Sequence record: DRR723986_4199
Strand: one strand, 5' to 3'
DNA: 64,000 nt
A model generated the notes under the pieces. The model had not been told where the DNA came from. It saw nothing but the letters and a program-made list of their open reading frames with translations, and made no database searches. Numbering within the stretch: position 1 is the first letter of the stretch; each line of letters starts with the position of its first letter. A program made the translations under genes and the position numbers. Positions 43,176 through 52,719 of the stretch are shown piece after piece.

Positions 43176-43673
43176 ATGAAAAAATTTTGTATGAAACATG
43201 GCCTTGCAGTGTTGCTGTTGGCCTCTTCCAGTCTGATGGCAGCTTGCAGCGAAAAACCGGCGGAAGTCGTTCAGCAGGGCGATAACTTTGTCGAGGTTTG
43301 GAAAACACCCACCTGTGGATGTTGCTCGGAGTGGGTTGAGCACCTGAAGGAGAACGGCTTCACCGTGAAGGTGAACGATGTTCAGAATACCGACTCATTC
43401 CGCGCCGCTTTGGGTATGCCTCAGCAATACGGTAGTTGTCACAGCGCCAAAGTAGCAGGCTATGCGGTCGAAGGACACGTGCCTGCTGAAGACATCAAGA
43501 AATTGATTGCGGAAAAACCCGATGCGGTGGGTCTGTCAGTGCCAGCCATGCCCATGGGTTCTCCGGGCATGGAGCATCCCGATTTTCCGCACAAACGCGC
43601 CGAGTACAATGTATTGTTAATTGGTAAAAATGGTGATGTAAGCGCATACACCAAGTACGACGCAATTCACTAA
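43176..43673 (+). CDS. DUF411/CopG-like metal-binding periplasmic (lipo)protein
   Basis: KTPTCGCC, SCHSA, EGHVP, MPMGSPGME; LMAAC lipobox-like. Confidence 0.88.
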   Translation: MKKFCMKHGLAVLLLASSSLMAACSEKPAEVVQQGDNFVEVWKTPTCGCCSEWVEHLKENGFTVKVNDVQNTDSFRAALGMPQQYGSCHSAKVAGYAVEGHVPAEDIKKLIAEKPDAVGLSVPAMPMGSPGMEHPDFPHKRAEYNVLLIGKNGDVSAYTKYDAIH

Positions 43674-43793
43674 GTTTCTGTTTTTACTTCCCGTTTTCGG
43701 GTTTTGTAGTTCAATTCTGCAAATTTCGACCTGGTCTTGAAGCACGAGGCCGGGTCTGCGTTTGCCCTTTAACTTGATCAAGCTGATGTGTCG

Positions 43794-46733
43794 ATGAGTA
43801 CTTTGCCTCTGCTAAGCCTTGTACTGCTTCCTTTTGCCGGAAGCTTGATTGCCGCATTCATGCCGGCCAATGCGCGCAATGCCGAATCCACACTTGCAGG
43901 CGCTATTGCGTTGCTGTGCGCCGTGCAGGTAGCTAGCTTGTATCCTGAAGTGGCGGCCGGGACTGTTTTGAGGGAGGAATACACGTGGATTCCCTCGCTG
44001 GGTTTAAGTTTTGTGGTTCGCATGGATGGCTTTGCCTGGATGTTTTCCATGCTGGTGTCGGGTATTGGTGCCTTGGTGGTGCTGTATGCCCGTTACTACA
44101 TGTCTCCCTCTGATCCTGTGCCACGTTTCTTTTCCTTCTTGCTTGCCTTCATGGGCGCAATGAGTGGGGTAGTGCTGTCTGGCAACCTGATTCAGTTGGC
44201 TGTATTTTGGGAGCTGACCAGCCTGTTTTCATTTTTACTGATCGGGTACTGGTATCACCGCAAAGATGCAAGACGCGGTGCACGCATGGCCTTGACCGTA
44301 ACAGGCGCTGGTGGTCTGTGCTTGTTCGCTGGCTTGCTGATACTAGGTCACATCGCCGGTAGTTACGACATGGACGTGGTGTTGGCCGCGAAGGACAACA
44401 TTCAATCGCATGCCTTGTACACACCTATGTTGTTGCTGGTCCTATTGGGGGCTTTCACAAAAAGCGCCCAGTTTCCTTTTCATTTCTGGTTGCCGCATGC
44501 CATGGCTGCCCCCACACCAGTATCCGCGTATTTACACTCGGCCACCATGGTGAAAGCGGGTGTGTTTTTACTTGCGCGTTTTTGGCCGGTTTTGGCGGGT
44601 ACGGATGAATGGTTTTGGCTGGTTACCTGCGCGGGGCTGGCCACTTTGCTACTGGGTGGTTTTGCCGCAATTTTTCAAAACGATCTCAAAGGTCTGCTGG
44701 CCTACTCAACCATTTCGCATTTGGGTTTGATCGTCACGCTGCTTGGCATGAATAGTCAACTGGCCGCAGTTGCGGCGGTGTTCCACATTATCAACCACGC
44801 CACTTTTAAGGCATCGCTGTTTATGGCGGTGGGAATTATTGATCACGAAACAGGCACTCGCGACATTCGAAGGTTGAGTGGTTTGCGCCGTGCCATGCCG
44901 ATTACTGCAACGCTCACGATGGTGGCGTCGGCCGCCATGGCTGGTGTACCGCTGTTAAACGGATTCATTTCCAAGGAGATGTTTTTCACCGAAGCGGTGT
45001 TTGTAAGCTCGGTGCCGTGGTTCTCAACCGCTTTGCCTTATGTTGCAACGCTGGCGGGTATTTTTAGCGTGGTGTATTCATTGCGCTTTACCGTGGATGT
45101 GTTTTTTGGCCCGGACCGTTGCACCATGTTACCCAAACCGGCACATGAACCACCCCACTGGATGCGCGTGCCTGTTGAGCTGCTGGTGTTGATTTGTTTA
45201 GCGGTGGGTGTGTTACCGCATTTGGTGATACAGGCCATTTTGGTGACAGCGGCTACGCCTGTGGTGGCTGGAGACCTTCCTCAATTTGACTTGGCAATTT
45301 GGCATGGTTTTAATTTGCCGCTGCTGATGAGCTTCGTTGCGTTGTTTGGCGGAATTTTGTTGTACTTGTGGATGCGCCGGGGTATGAATACCGGTGGTGT
45401 CAAGGTGGCACCGGTCATTGGGATTTTAAGTGGCAAGAAGTTGTTTCGCAGCGTCTTGGCTTTGTTTGTGGTTGGTGCGCGCGCTGGCATGCGTTTTGTA
45501 AGCACGCGACGCCTTCAGCCGCAGTTGCTACTGGTGATGTTATTCACCGTGGTCGCGGCTGGTGCACCACTTTACGGAGTGGCTCTGTCTGATTGGCTGA
45601 ACGTGGCAAGTCGGGAACAGTTGCCGTTTTCCCCGATGTTTGCTTTGTTGTGGGCGGTTGGTTGTGGGGCTGCAATTGCCGCTGCCTGGCAGGCCAAGTA
45701 TCACCGCTTGACCGCGCTGGCTTTGATGAGCGTGGCGGGATTAACCACTGTCGTCACATTCGCCTGGTTTTCAGCCCCCGATCTTGCGTTAACGCAGCTA
45801 TCAGTTGAAGCGGTCACCACTGTGTTGATTTTGCTGGGCCTGCGTTGGTTACCCAATCGCCGTGAGGAGGTGCAAACTCGTCAGCCGTTGCTCATTAAAG
45901 TTAAAGCAAGGGCAAGACGCTCGCGTGATTTCTTGTTGGCTTCCACCGCTGGGGTTGGCTTGGCCTTGTTGTCTTATGCCGCGATGAGTCGAAGTTTTCC
46001 GCAAAGCATTTCTCCATTTTTTCTGGAAAGAGCCTTGCCCGAGGGCGGGGGTACCAACGTGGTCAACGTCATGCTGGTTGATTTTCGAGGGTTCGACACT
46101 CTGGCCGAAATCACCGTGCTCGGTGTGGTCGCGCTAACGGTCTACGCTTTGCTTCGCCGTTTCCGCCCCGCGGCTGAGAGCGTGGACATTCCAACGCAGC
46201 AGCGCGCCATTCCTGTGGACATTGCGACCGATCTCATTTCGAGTGATCAAGACATTGACACAGCGAAGGGATACTTGCTGGTGCCTGCGGTGCTGGTGCG
46301 AGCTGTGTTGCCAATTGCAGCAGTCATTGCCGTCTATCTTTTCATGCGGGGTCACAACGAACCTGGCGGTGGTTTTGTTGCTGGCTTGGTGTTGTCCACG
46401 GCGTTCATTTTGCAATACATCATTTCGGGCACCCGTTGGGTAGAAACTCACCTGCCTTTGCGCCCGCCCCTGTGGATCGCCAGCGGTTTACTAGTAGCCA
46501 CAGGAACTGGTTTGGGCGCGTTGATGTTTGGCTATCCATTTTTGACGACCCACACCGCGCATTTGAATATTCCGCTGATTGGCGAATTGCATGTGGCCAG
46601 CGCCTTGTTCTATGACATTGGGGTATTCACTTTGGTGGTGGGTTCAACCTTGTTGATATTGACTGCCTTGGGTCACCAATCTTTGCGTGGTCATCGACGC
46701 GCAGTCATTCATGACGACAAAGGGGATGCATGA
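43794..46733 (+). CDS. mrpA: Mrp/Pha cation:H+ antiporter fused subunit A/B
   Basis: KSAQFPFHFWLP.AMAAPTPVSAYLHSATMVKAG; DFRGFDT; MrpB motif GHNEPGGGF; start 43788 or 43794. Confidence 0.96.
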   Translation: MSTLPLLSLVLLPFAGSLIAAFMPANARNAESTLAGAIALLCAVQVASLYPEVAAGTVLREEYTWIPSLGLSFVVRMDGFAWMFSMLVSGIGALVVLYARYYMSPSDPVPRFFSFLLAFMGAMSGVVLSGNLIQLAVFWELTSLFSFLLIGYWYHRKDARRGARMALTVTGAGGLCLFAGLLILGHIAGSYDMDVVLAAKDNIQSHALYTPMLLLVLLGAFTKSAQFPFHFWLPHAMAAPTPVSAYLHSATMVKAGVFLLARFWPVLAGTDEWFWLVTCAGLATLLLGGFAAIFQNDLKGLLAYSTISHLGLIVTLLGMNSQLAAVAAVFHIINHATFKASLFMAVGIIDHETGTRDIRRLSGLRRAMPITATLTMVASAAMAGVPLLNGFISKEMFFTEAVFVSSVPWFSTALPYVATLAGIFSVVYSLRFTVDVFFGPDRCTMLPKPAHEPPHWMRVPVELLVLICLAVGVLPHLVIQAILVTAATPVVAGDLPQFDLAIWHGFNLPLLMSFVALFGGILLYLWMRRGMNTGGVKVAPVIGILSGKKLFRSVLALFVVGARAGMRFVSTRRLQPQLLLVMLFTVVAAGAPLYGVALSDWLNVASREQLPFSPMFALLWAVGCGAAIAAAWQAKYHRLTALALMSVAGLTTVVTFAWFSAPDLALTQLSVEAVTTVLILLGLRWLPNRREEVQTRQPLLIKVKARARRSRDFLLASTAGVGLALLSYAAMSRSFPQSISPFFLERALPEGGGTNVVNVMLVDFRGFDTLAEITVLGVVALTVYALLRRFRPAAESVDIPTQQRAIPVDIATDLISSDQDIDTAKGYLLVPAVLVRAVLPIAAVIAVYLFMRGHNEPGGGFVAGLVLSTAFILQYIISGTRWVETHLPLRPPLWIASGLLVATGTGLGALMFGYPFLTTHTAHLNIPLIGELHVASALFYDIGVFTLVVGSTLLILTALGHQSLRGHRRAVIHDDKGDA

Positions 46734-47077
46734 TGGAGCTGGTACTTTCGGTTGCGATTGGAATTTTAACCGCTTGCGGTGTGTGGCTGATTTTACGCCC
46801 GCGCACCTACCAGGTCATCATCGGTTTCTGCTTACTGGGCTATGGAGTCAACCTGTTTATCTTCAGCATGGGACGCTTGGCGGTAGACAGCGAGCCAATT
46901 CTGGTTCCGGAGCTAGAGACCAGTTTGATGAACTATACAGACCCCATGCCGCAGGCTTTGGTACTGACAGCGATTGTCATTGGTTTTGCCATGACAGCAC
47001 TGTTTCTGGTTGTATTGCTGGCGCAGCGGGGCTTCTTTGGTAATGACCATGTGGATGGCAAAGGAGACGCTGAATGA
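46730..47077 (+). CDS. mrpC: Mrp antiporter subunit C
   Basis: DPMPQALVLTAIVIGFA. Confidence 0.96.
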   Translation: MMELVLSVAIGILTACGVWLILRPRTYQVIIGFCLLGYGVNLFIFSMGRLAVDSEPILVPELETSLMNYTDPMPQALVLTAIVIGFAMTALFLVVLLAQRGFFGNDHVDGKGDAE

Positions 47078-48771
47078 TGCGTCTGCTTGAGGGCTTGATG
47101 CCGCATCTCATAATCGCCCCAATTCTTTTCCCGCTGTTAATGGCCTGCGCCATGTTGCTGTTGGGCGAGCGACGGTATCGCTTAAAAATTAGCCTGGGTT
47201 TGTTTGCTGGTCTGGTCAATCTTGGAGTTGCCTTGGCCCTGTTGGTGTGGGTCAAGGAAAGTGGAAGTGCAGGGTCCATTGGTATTTACCTGCCATCCAA
47301 CTGGGATGTGCCTTTCGGTATCGTCTTGGTACTTGATCAATTGTCGGCACTTATGCTGACACTGGCCGCCTTGGTGGGTTTTGCGGCTTACGTTTTTTCA
47401 ATGGCACGTTGGCACAAGGCGGGGTCTCATTTTCATCCCCTGTTTTTAGTTCAGCTCATGGGAATTAACGGTGCGTTCCTCACCGGTGACTTGTTTAACC
47501 TATTCGTGTTTTTTGAGGTTATGCTGGCAGCGTCTTATGGTTTGCTGTTGCATGGGTCGGGCCGCCTGAGGGTGCGTGCAGGTTTGCATTACATCGCAAT
47601 CAACCTCACGGCATCATCGTTGTTTCTGGTCGGGGCTGCCATGATTTATGGCATCACAGGCACGCTCAACATGGCCGATTTGGCAGCCAAGATTCCATTC
47701 ATTTCTCAAGCGGATCGCCCCTTGTTCCATGCAGGTTGTGCAGTACTGGGCGTGGCGTTTTTGGCCAAAGCGGCGATGTGGCCGCTCAACTTTTGGTTGG
47801 TGCCTGCTTATTCGTCAGCCAGCGCGCCAGCCGCCGCAGTGTTTTCCATGTTGACCAAGGTGGGTGTGTACGTGTTGTTGCGTCTAAGCACCTTGTTGTT
47901 TTCGGAAGAGTCGCAGGGCTCTGCAGGCTTTGGCAGTGATTGGCTTGTGTGGGGCGGTCTTTTGACCATGGCATGCGGATCATTGGGCGTGTTGACTGCC
48001 ACCAGCCCGGCACGGGCGGCAGCTTTTTCCATTACAGTGTCCTCGGGTATTCTGATTTGCGTGGTTGGCTTAGGTATCCCTGATGTAACCGCGAGTGCCT
48101 TGTACTATCTTTTGGGTTCAACCTTCGCTGTGGCGGCCCTGTTTTTATTGACTGAATTGATGGACCGCGTGCGTGATATGGAAGCTGCGCAGCGTCGACA
48201 AGACGAAGAAGAGGACGTCAGTCTGCCTTTCGGTTTTGCCGAGTCGCGCCTTAATCCGGACGTCAACCTTGATGACAATGAAGAGGCCTTAATTGGCAAG
48301 CCAACTCCGGGGTCGATTGCTTTACTAGGCCTTACCTTCATTGTGTGCACTTTGTTGGTGGCTGGCCTGCCGCCTTTGTCCGGTTTTTTGGGCAAGTTTG
48401 CGGTTGTGTCGGCCTTGCTTCCAATTGCCGACACCGATTTCACCACGACGCCTGGTATGTGGACGCTCATGGTGATGTTGTTTGTCTCAGGTCTGTTTGC
48501 TTTGGTGGCATTAACACGGATCGGTATTCGGTTTTTCTGGATGACCAGCGAGCGTCCAGCCCCATTGCTGCGTACCATCGAGTATCTGCCAGTGGCATTA
48601 TTGATTGTTTTTTCGGTGCTGTTGACTGTTCGGGCCGAAGTGGTCATGAAGTTTGCGAAGCAAACGTCGCAGGCGCTTCATTCTCCGCAGGGCTATATCC
48701 AGGCCGTGTTGTCGGCCAAGCCTCAGTGGTCACCCACCAATGCCTATCGTCTTGATCAGGAGGCGCCATGA
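47074..48771 (+). CDS. mrpD: Mrp antiporter subunit D
   Basis: TGDLFNLFVFFEV, LTKVG, GLPPLSGF. Confidence 0.96.
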   Translation: MMRLLEGLMPHLIIAPILFPLLMACAMLLLGERRYRLKISLGLFAGLVNLGVALALLVWVKESGSAGSIGIYLPSNWDVPFGIVLVLDQLSALMLTLAALVGFAAYVFSMARWHKAGSHFHPLFLVQLMGINGAFLTGDLFNLFVFFEVMLAASYGLLLHGSGRLRVRAGLHYIAINLTASSLFLVGAAMIYGITGTLNMADLAAKIPFISQADRPLFHAGCAVLGVAFLAKAAMWPLNFWLVPAYSSASAPAAAVFSMLTKVGVYVLLRLSTLLFSEESQGSAGFGSDWLVWGGLLTMACGSLGVLTATSPARAAAFSITVSSGILICVVGLGIPDVTASALYYLLGSTFAVAALFLLTELMDRVRDMEAAQRRQDEEEDVSLPFGFAESRLNPDVNLDDNEEALIGKPTPGSIALLGLTFIVCTLLVAGLPPLSGFLGKFAVVSALLPIADTDFTTTPGMWTLMVMLFVSGLFALVALTRIGIRFFWMTSERPAPLLRTIEYLPVALLIVFSVLLTVRAEVVMKFAKQTSQALHSPQGYIQAVLSAKPQWSPTNAYRLDQEAP

Positions 48772-49259
48772 TCCGCAAGTTATTGCCCGACCCTTTGCTA
48801 ACTCTGGGCTTGATCGCCTTGTGGCTTGTTTTGAATCGGTCTTATGGTTTGGGCCACTGGTTGTTTGCGGTGGTGTTGGGTGTGCTAGTCCCTGTGCTTG
48901 TTCAACCCCTAAGGCCTGTGCCGGTGTTTTTCAAAAGACCCGGCTTGGCGTTCGTTTTGTTTTGGCGCGTGGGGCTGGATGTGGTGGTTTGGAATTGGCG
49001 TATTCTCCGAGGAACTTTGGCCACCGGCGACAAGGTGCCCAAGGGCGACTTTGTGGTTGTTCCACTCGACTTGCGTGATCCCAATGGTTTGGCTGTGCTG
49101 GCGGCAATTCTGTGCGTAATTCCGGGCACAATTTGGTCTGAGTTGGCCTTGGATCGCAGTGCTCTGTTGGTGCATGTGTTCGACATGAAAAATGCAGAGG
49201 AGGAAATCCAAACCATCAAGAACCGCTACGAAAAACCTCTCATGGAGATTTTTCAATGA
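48768..49259 (+). CDS. mrpE: Mrp antiporter subunit E
   Basis: IPGT, LLVHVFD, IKNRYEKPLMEIF. Confidence 0.93.
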   Translation: MIRKLLPDPLLTLGLIALWLVLNRSYGLGHWLFAVVLGVLVPVLVQPLRPVPVFFKRPGLAFVLFWRVGLDVVVWNWRILRGTLATGDKVPKGDFVVVPLDLRDPNGLAVLAAILCVIPGTIWSELALDRSALLVHVFDMKNAEEEIQTIKNRYEKPLMEIFQ

Positions 49260-49534
49260 GTACGTTTTTGTTTGTATCCATCATAGTGACATTGGCTTTC
49301 TATTCTCTGGCCATGGGTTTGACTTTGTATCGCATGTTGGTGGGTCCGAGGGCTCAAGACAGGGTGTTAGCCATGGACTTGATGTACACCATTGGCATGT
49401 TGACCTTGATGGTGTTGGCAATTCGGTATCAAAGTGAAATGTACTTTGAAGCGGCCTTGTTGATTGCTTTGTTCGGGTTTGTTGGCTCCGCAGCCATGGC
49501 CAAGTTTTTGCTGCGTGGCGAGGTGATTGAATGA
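49256..49534 (+). CDS. mrpF: Mrp antiporter subunit F
   Basis: GPRAQDRVLAMD, AKFLLRGEVIE. Confidence 0.95.
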   Translation: MSTFLFVSIIVTLAFYSLAMGLTLYRMLVGPRAQDRVLAMDLMYTIGMLTLMVLAIRYQSEMYFEAALLIALFGFVGSAAMAKFLLRGEVIE

Positions 49535-49923
49535 TTATTGCGGCACCTTTGTGGATTGAAATCGTGGTCGGCGTACTGCTTGTGGTCTCGGGTGTGTTTA
49601 CGCTTTCCTCAGCAATCGGGATTTTGCGGTTTAAAAGCTTTTTTCAGCGCATGCACCCCACGGCACTGGCTTACAGCTTCTCGGCTTGGTTGGTTACCTT
49701 GGCCAGTATTGTGTATTTTTCTGCTGTGGATTTCTCGCTGACGTTGCACCCTTGGCTGATTGTGATTTTCCTGTCTATTACTGTGCCAGTAACCACAATT
49801 TTCTTGGCACGAACTGACTTATTTCGTAATCGAATTGCCAAAGCACCTGAGATTGAAGTACCGCCTCCCTTAAGCGAAATGGCATCGCCATTGCCCAGAA
49901 AAAAGCCAGCCCACCTCGACTAA
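49531..49923 (+). CDS. mrpG: Mrp antiporter subunit G
   Basis: GILRFKSFFQRMH, ITVPV. Confidence 0.93.
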   Translation: MIIAAPLWIEIVVGVLLVVSGVFTLSSAIGILRFKSFFQRMHPTALAYSFSAWLVTLASIVYFSAVDFSLTLHPWLIVIFLSITVPVTTIFLARTDLFRNRIAKAPEIEVPPPLSEMASPLPRKKPAHLD

Positions 49924-49938
49924 TGGCCAGAGAGGGCA

Positions 49939-50970
49939 CTAGCCCTGGCGGATTTCGCTGGGGCTTTTGCCAAACCATCGTTTGCATGCCCTGCTAAAGG
50001 CGGAGGCATCGGAAAACCCAAGGTCTAGTGCGATTGCGGTGAGTGTGTCGCCGGTATGTTTCAGGCGTCGCTGGGCCTCGTGTTGTCGAATGTCTTCCAC
50101 CATGGCCGCGAGGCTGGTACCTTCTTCCGCCAGTTTACGCTGAAGGTTGCGAGCGCTCATGTGCATGGTGGAAGCAGCCTGTTCTATGGTGGGCGCGCCG
50201 TGTTCCAATTGTTGCAATATCCAGGTACGTAATTGTCGGCTGACGCTATTCACAGGTTTAAGGCGTTCGATAGCCGCCTGGCTGGCCTGGTCGAGGTGTT
50301 CTGCAATCAAGGGGTTTGCGCCCTTCAGGCGGGTGTGTACGGTGGCCAACGCATACACGATACGCATGGTTTCGCAGCCAAATATCAAGGGAGCTGCAAA
50401 GCTTTTTTCAAAGAACTCTAGGTTGCCTGTTTGCGGTGCAGGGCGACTTAATTCAACCCGCAAAGGCACCAAACCCGGCTCTCCCAGGCCTTTGCCGGCG
50501 TTGGCCAACAAGCAAAGAAAACCGTCGGTGGATTGATGTGCGGGTTGAGCGCCTTCCCTCAGTTTGAGTTCAACAATGAATTCAGACTCGGTGGTTTGAA
50601 GCTCGATTGCACTGGCGTCTGTGACCAAATCAGCAAACCTTCGCATGCGACCAAACGCCTGCTCCAGGGTCTCGCTGGCCATGACGCTAAGCCCCACCGC
50701 GTGAAAGGTTGCTGGCGTGATGTGCCGAATGGCTTTGATGCCCAACGTTTCATCACCCGTGGCCTGAACGGCTTTTTGCCACAGCAGGGTGGTTTGTGGC
50801 ACGGGATAGCGTGCTTCCGGAGACTCCAGCAGGGCAATGTCAAGCCCGGCTTGCTCAAACAAGGGGGCCGGTTGACAGCCCTGCAGCTCCAGTTCGCGCG
50901 CCAATCCGCGCATCCAGCTGGCCAGCGCGGTCGGTGTGTTTGTGTTCGAATTGGACGCTTTGTTGTTCAT
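49939..50970 (-). CDS. AraC-family transcriptional regulator (OruR-like, long N-terminal domain)
   Basis: C-terminal HTH MSARNLQRKL...IALDLGFSDASAFSRACKRWFGKSP. Confidence 0.95.
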   Translation of the reverse strand: MNNKASNSNTNTPTALASWMRGLARELELQGCQPAPLFEQAGLDIALLESPEARYPVPQTTLLWQKAVQATGDETLGIKAIRHITPATFHAVGLSVMASETLEQAFGRMRRFADLVTDASAIELQTTESEFIVELKLREGAQPAHQSTDGFLCLLANAGKGLGEPGLVPLRVELSRPAPQTGNLEFFEKSFAAPLIFGCETMRIVYALATVHTRLKGANPLIAEHLDQASQAAIERLKPVNSVSRQLRTWILQQLEHGAPTIEQAASTMHMSARNLQRKLAEEGTSLAAMVEDIRQHEAQRRLKHTGDTLTAIALDLGFSDASAFSRACKRWFGKSPSEIRQG

Positions 50971-50982
50971 TGCTTCTTGATT

Positions 50983-51020
50983 TTGGCGCCGAAGGTCATG
51001 GGCTTGTCGTTCTGGAACAA
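50983..51020 (+). promoter_or_regulatory. Putative AraC operator (two half-sites, 21-bp period)
   Basis: TTGGCG-N5-GGTCA at 50983 and TTGTCG-N6-AACAA at 51004, between divergent araC and desaturase. Confidence 0.55.
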
Positions 51021-51084
51021 GCTTTACTTGTCAAACCCAAGCATACTTCAATCACCAAAAGCCAAAACGAAAAGAGGCAAGAGT

Positions 51085-52206
51085 ATGTCAAGTTTGAGTG
51101 AAAAACTGATGGGTCAGGCGGCAAAGGCCGATGGTGGCTCACGCATCAAGCAAAACAGCATCAATGCGCAGGATCAAAAACGCATTGCTGCCATTAAAAC
51201 TGCGGTGCTGGCCGAAGGTGATCGCATTCGCGCCAAATATCCAATTTTGAAGCATCAAGACCTGATCGGCATGGCCATTTTGCTGTTCTCGATTGCAGGT
51301 GCGGTGTTGACTGGTTGGGCTTATCTGGAAGGCGTGCTGGCCTGGTACGTGACCATTCCAGTGATTGCGATTTTCCTGAGCTTTACGCACGAGCTGGAAC
51401 ATGACCTGATTCACTACATGTATTTCCGCAAGAACAAGTTCATGCACAACCTCATGATGGCTCTGGTGTGGATTTGCCGCCCCAGCACCATCAATCCTTG
51501 GGCACGTCGCCACCTCCACTTGCATCATCACAAGCATTCCGGCACTGAAACCGATTTGGAAGAGCGCGCAATCACCAACGGTGAGCGCTTCACGCCCCTG
51601 CGTCTGTTGATGATGTTTGATCTGGAACTGAGTGTTGTGCTGCGGATGTTCAAGATTCCAAAGAACCGTCGCCTGAAAATGTTGATGATGGGTGCTGCCG
51701 GCAACTTCCCTGTGGCTTCCGTGTTCTACATTGGCTGGCATGCCTACGTGGCGTACTGGGCCATCGAGGCGGCTGCATGGGCTGTTGGGTACAGCGTGCC
51801 TTGGCCAGCGTTTGTTACTCCTGAGCTTGTGGCCACTGCCAATACAGTTGCAGTGCTGATTTTTGCCCCTAACCTGTTGCGCTCTTTCAGTATCAACTTC
51901 ATCAGTTCGAACATGCACTATTTCGGCGATATTGAAGACGGTAATTTCGTGCAGCAGTGCCAGGTACTCAACAGCAAGTGGTTCATCATTCCCCACCTGT
52001 TCTGTTTCAACTTCGGCTCCACACATGGCATTCACCACTTTGTAGTACGTGACCCGTTCTATATTCGCCAAATGACCGCCAAGCGTGCCCATGAGGTGAT
52101 GCGAGAAAACGGTGTTCGATTCAATGATCTGGGCACTTTCAAGCGAGCCAACCGTTGGTCCATGAACGAGCAAGGTCAAAAAGGGGCAGGATACCAGGCC
52201 GCCTAA
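51085..52206 (+). CDS. Membrane fatty-acid desaturase family protein
   Basis: Three His boxes HELEH, HLHHHKH, HGIHH; ATG 51085 behind AGAGG. Confidence 0.92.
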   Translation: MSSLSEKLMGQAAKADGGSRIKQNSINAQDQKRIAAIKTAVLAEGDRIRAKYPILKHQDLIGMAILLFSIAGAVLTGWAYLEGVLAWYVTIPVIAIFLSFTHELEHDLIHYMYFRKNKFMHNLMMALVWICRPSTINPWARRHLHLHHHKHSGTETDLEERAITNGERFTPLRLLMMFDLELSVVLRMFKIPKNRRLKMLMMGAAGNFPVASVFYIGWHAYVAYWAIEAAAWAVGYSVPWPAFVTPELVATANTVAVLIFAPNLLRSFSINFISSNMHYFGDIEDGNFVQQCQVLNSKWFIIPHLFCFNFGSTHGIHHFVVRDPFYIRQMTAKRAHEVMRENGVRFNDLGTFKRANRWSMNEQGQKGAGYQAA

Positions 52207-52307
52207 GAGCCTGTTGATCCAAAACCGCTCTTTGCTAGAGAGAGGGCGGCGTAGTTCTAGTGTCATTGGCTGAATTCTTCAATGGGGCAGCCTACTCCGT
52301 CGACACG

Positions 52308-52342
52308 AAGGGCGCTTTTCGAAAGGAAAGCGCTCTTTTTTT
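52308..52342 (+). terminator. Intrinsic terminator downstream of desaturase
   Basis: AAGGGCGCTTTTC-GAAA-GGAAAGCGCTCTTTTTTT. Confidence 0.88.
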
Positions 52343-52428
52343 GTCTTTGAAATTCAGGATGTTGGAGTTCTACAGCCTTCCATCTTATAATGGGGAGTTT
52401 TTCGTTTGTATTTGCAGGTGTAGCGGAA

Positions 52429-52719
52429 ATGCCAATTTATGCGTATCGCTGTGAAGCGTGTGGCTTCGAAAAAGACGTGTTGCAAAAACTGAGCGATGCC
52501 CCTTTGACCCAGTGTCCAAGTTGTGGGCAGGCCAGTTTTGCAAAGCAGGTGACTGCGGCAGGCTTTCAATTAAAAGGCTCGGGTTGGTATGTCACTGATT
52601 TCCGGGGCGGCAGTGGAGCGTCGTCGGTGACGGGCTCAACGGCGGCGTCCGGTGCCTCAGCGGCGTCGACCAGCGCACCCTCACCCTCAACCACTGCGCC
52701 GAGTGCCGATGCCAGCTAA
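52429..52719 (+). CDS. FmdB-family zinc-ribbon protein
   Basis: MPIYAYRCEACG...CPSCG...FQLKGSGWYVTDF; TATAAT at 52386. Confidence 0.93.
   Translation: MPIYAYRCEACGFEKDVLQKLSDAPLTQCPSCGQASFAKQVTAAGFQLKGSGWYVTDFRGGSGASSVTGSTAASGASAASTSAPSPSTTAPSADAS

Noticed and set aside
50533-51084. 184-aa N-terminal extension of the desaturase ORF
   Set aside because: Overlaps araC on the other strand; ATG 51085 has a good SD
52204-52216. TAAGAGCCTGTT resembling an IS5/MITE terminal repeat
   Set aside because: No partner inverted end or transposase found nearby
51139-52266. 375-aa minus-strand ORF opposite the desaturase
   Set aside because: Antisense shadow; no motifs
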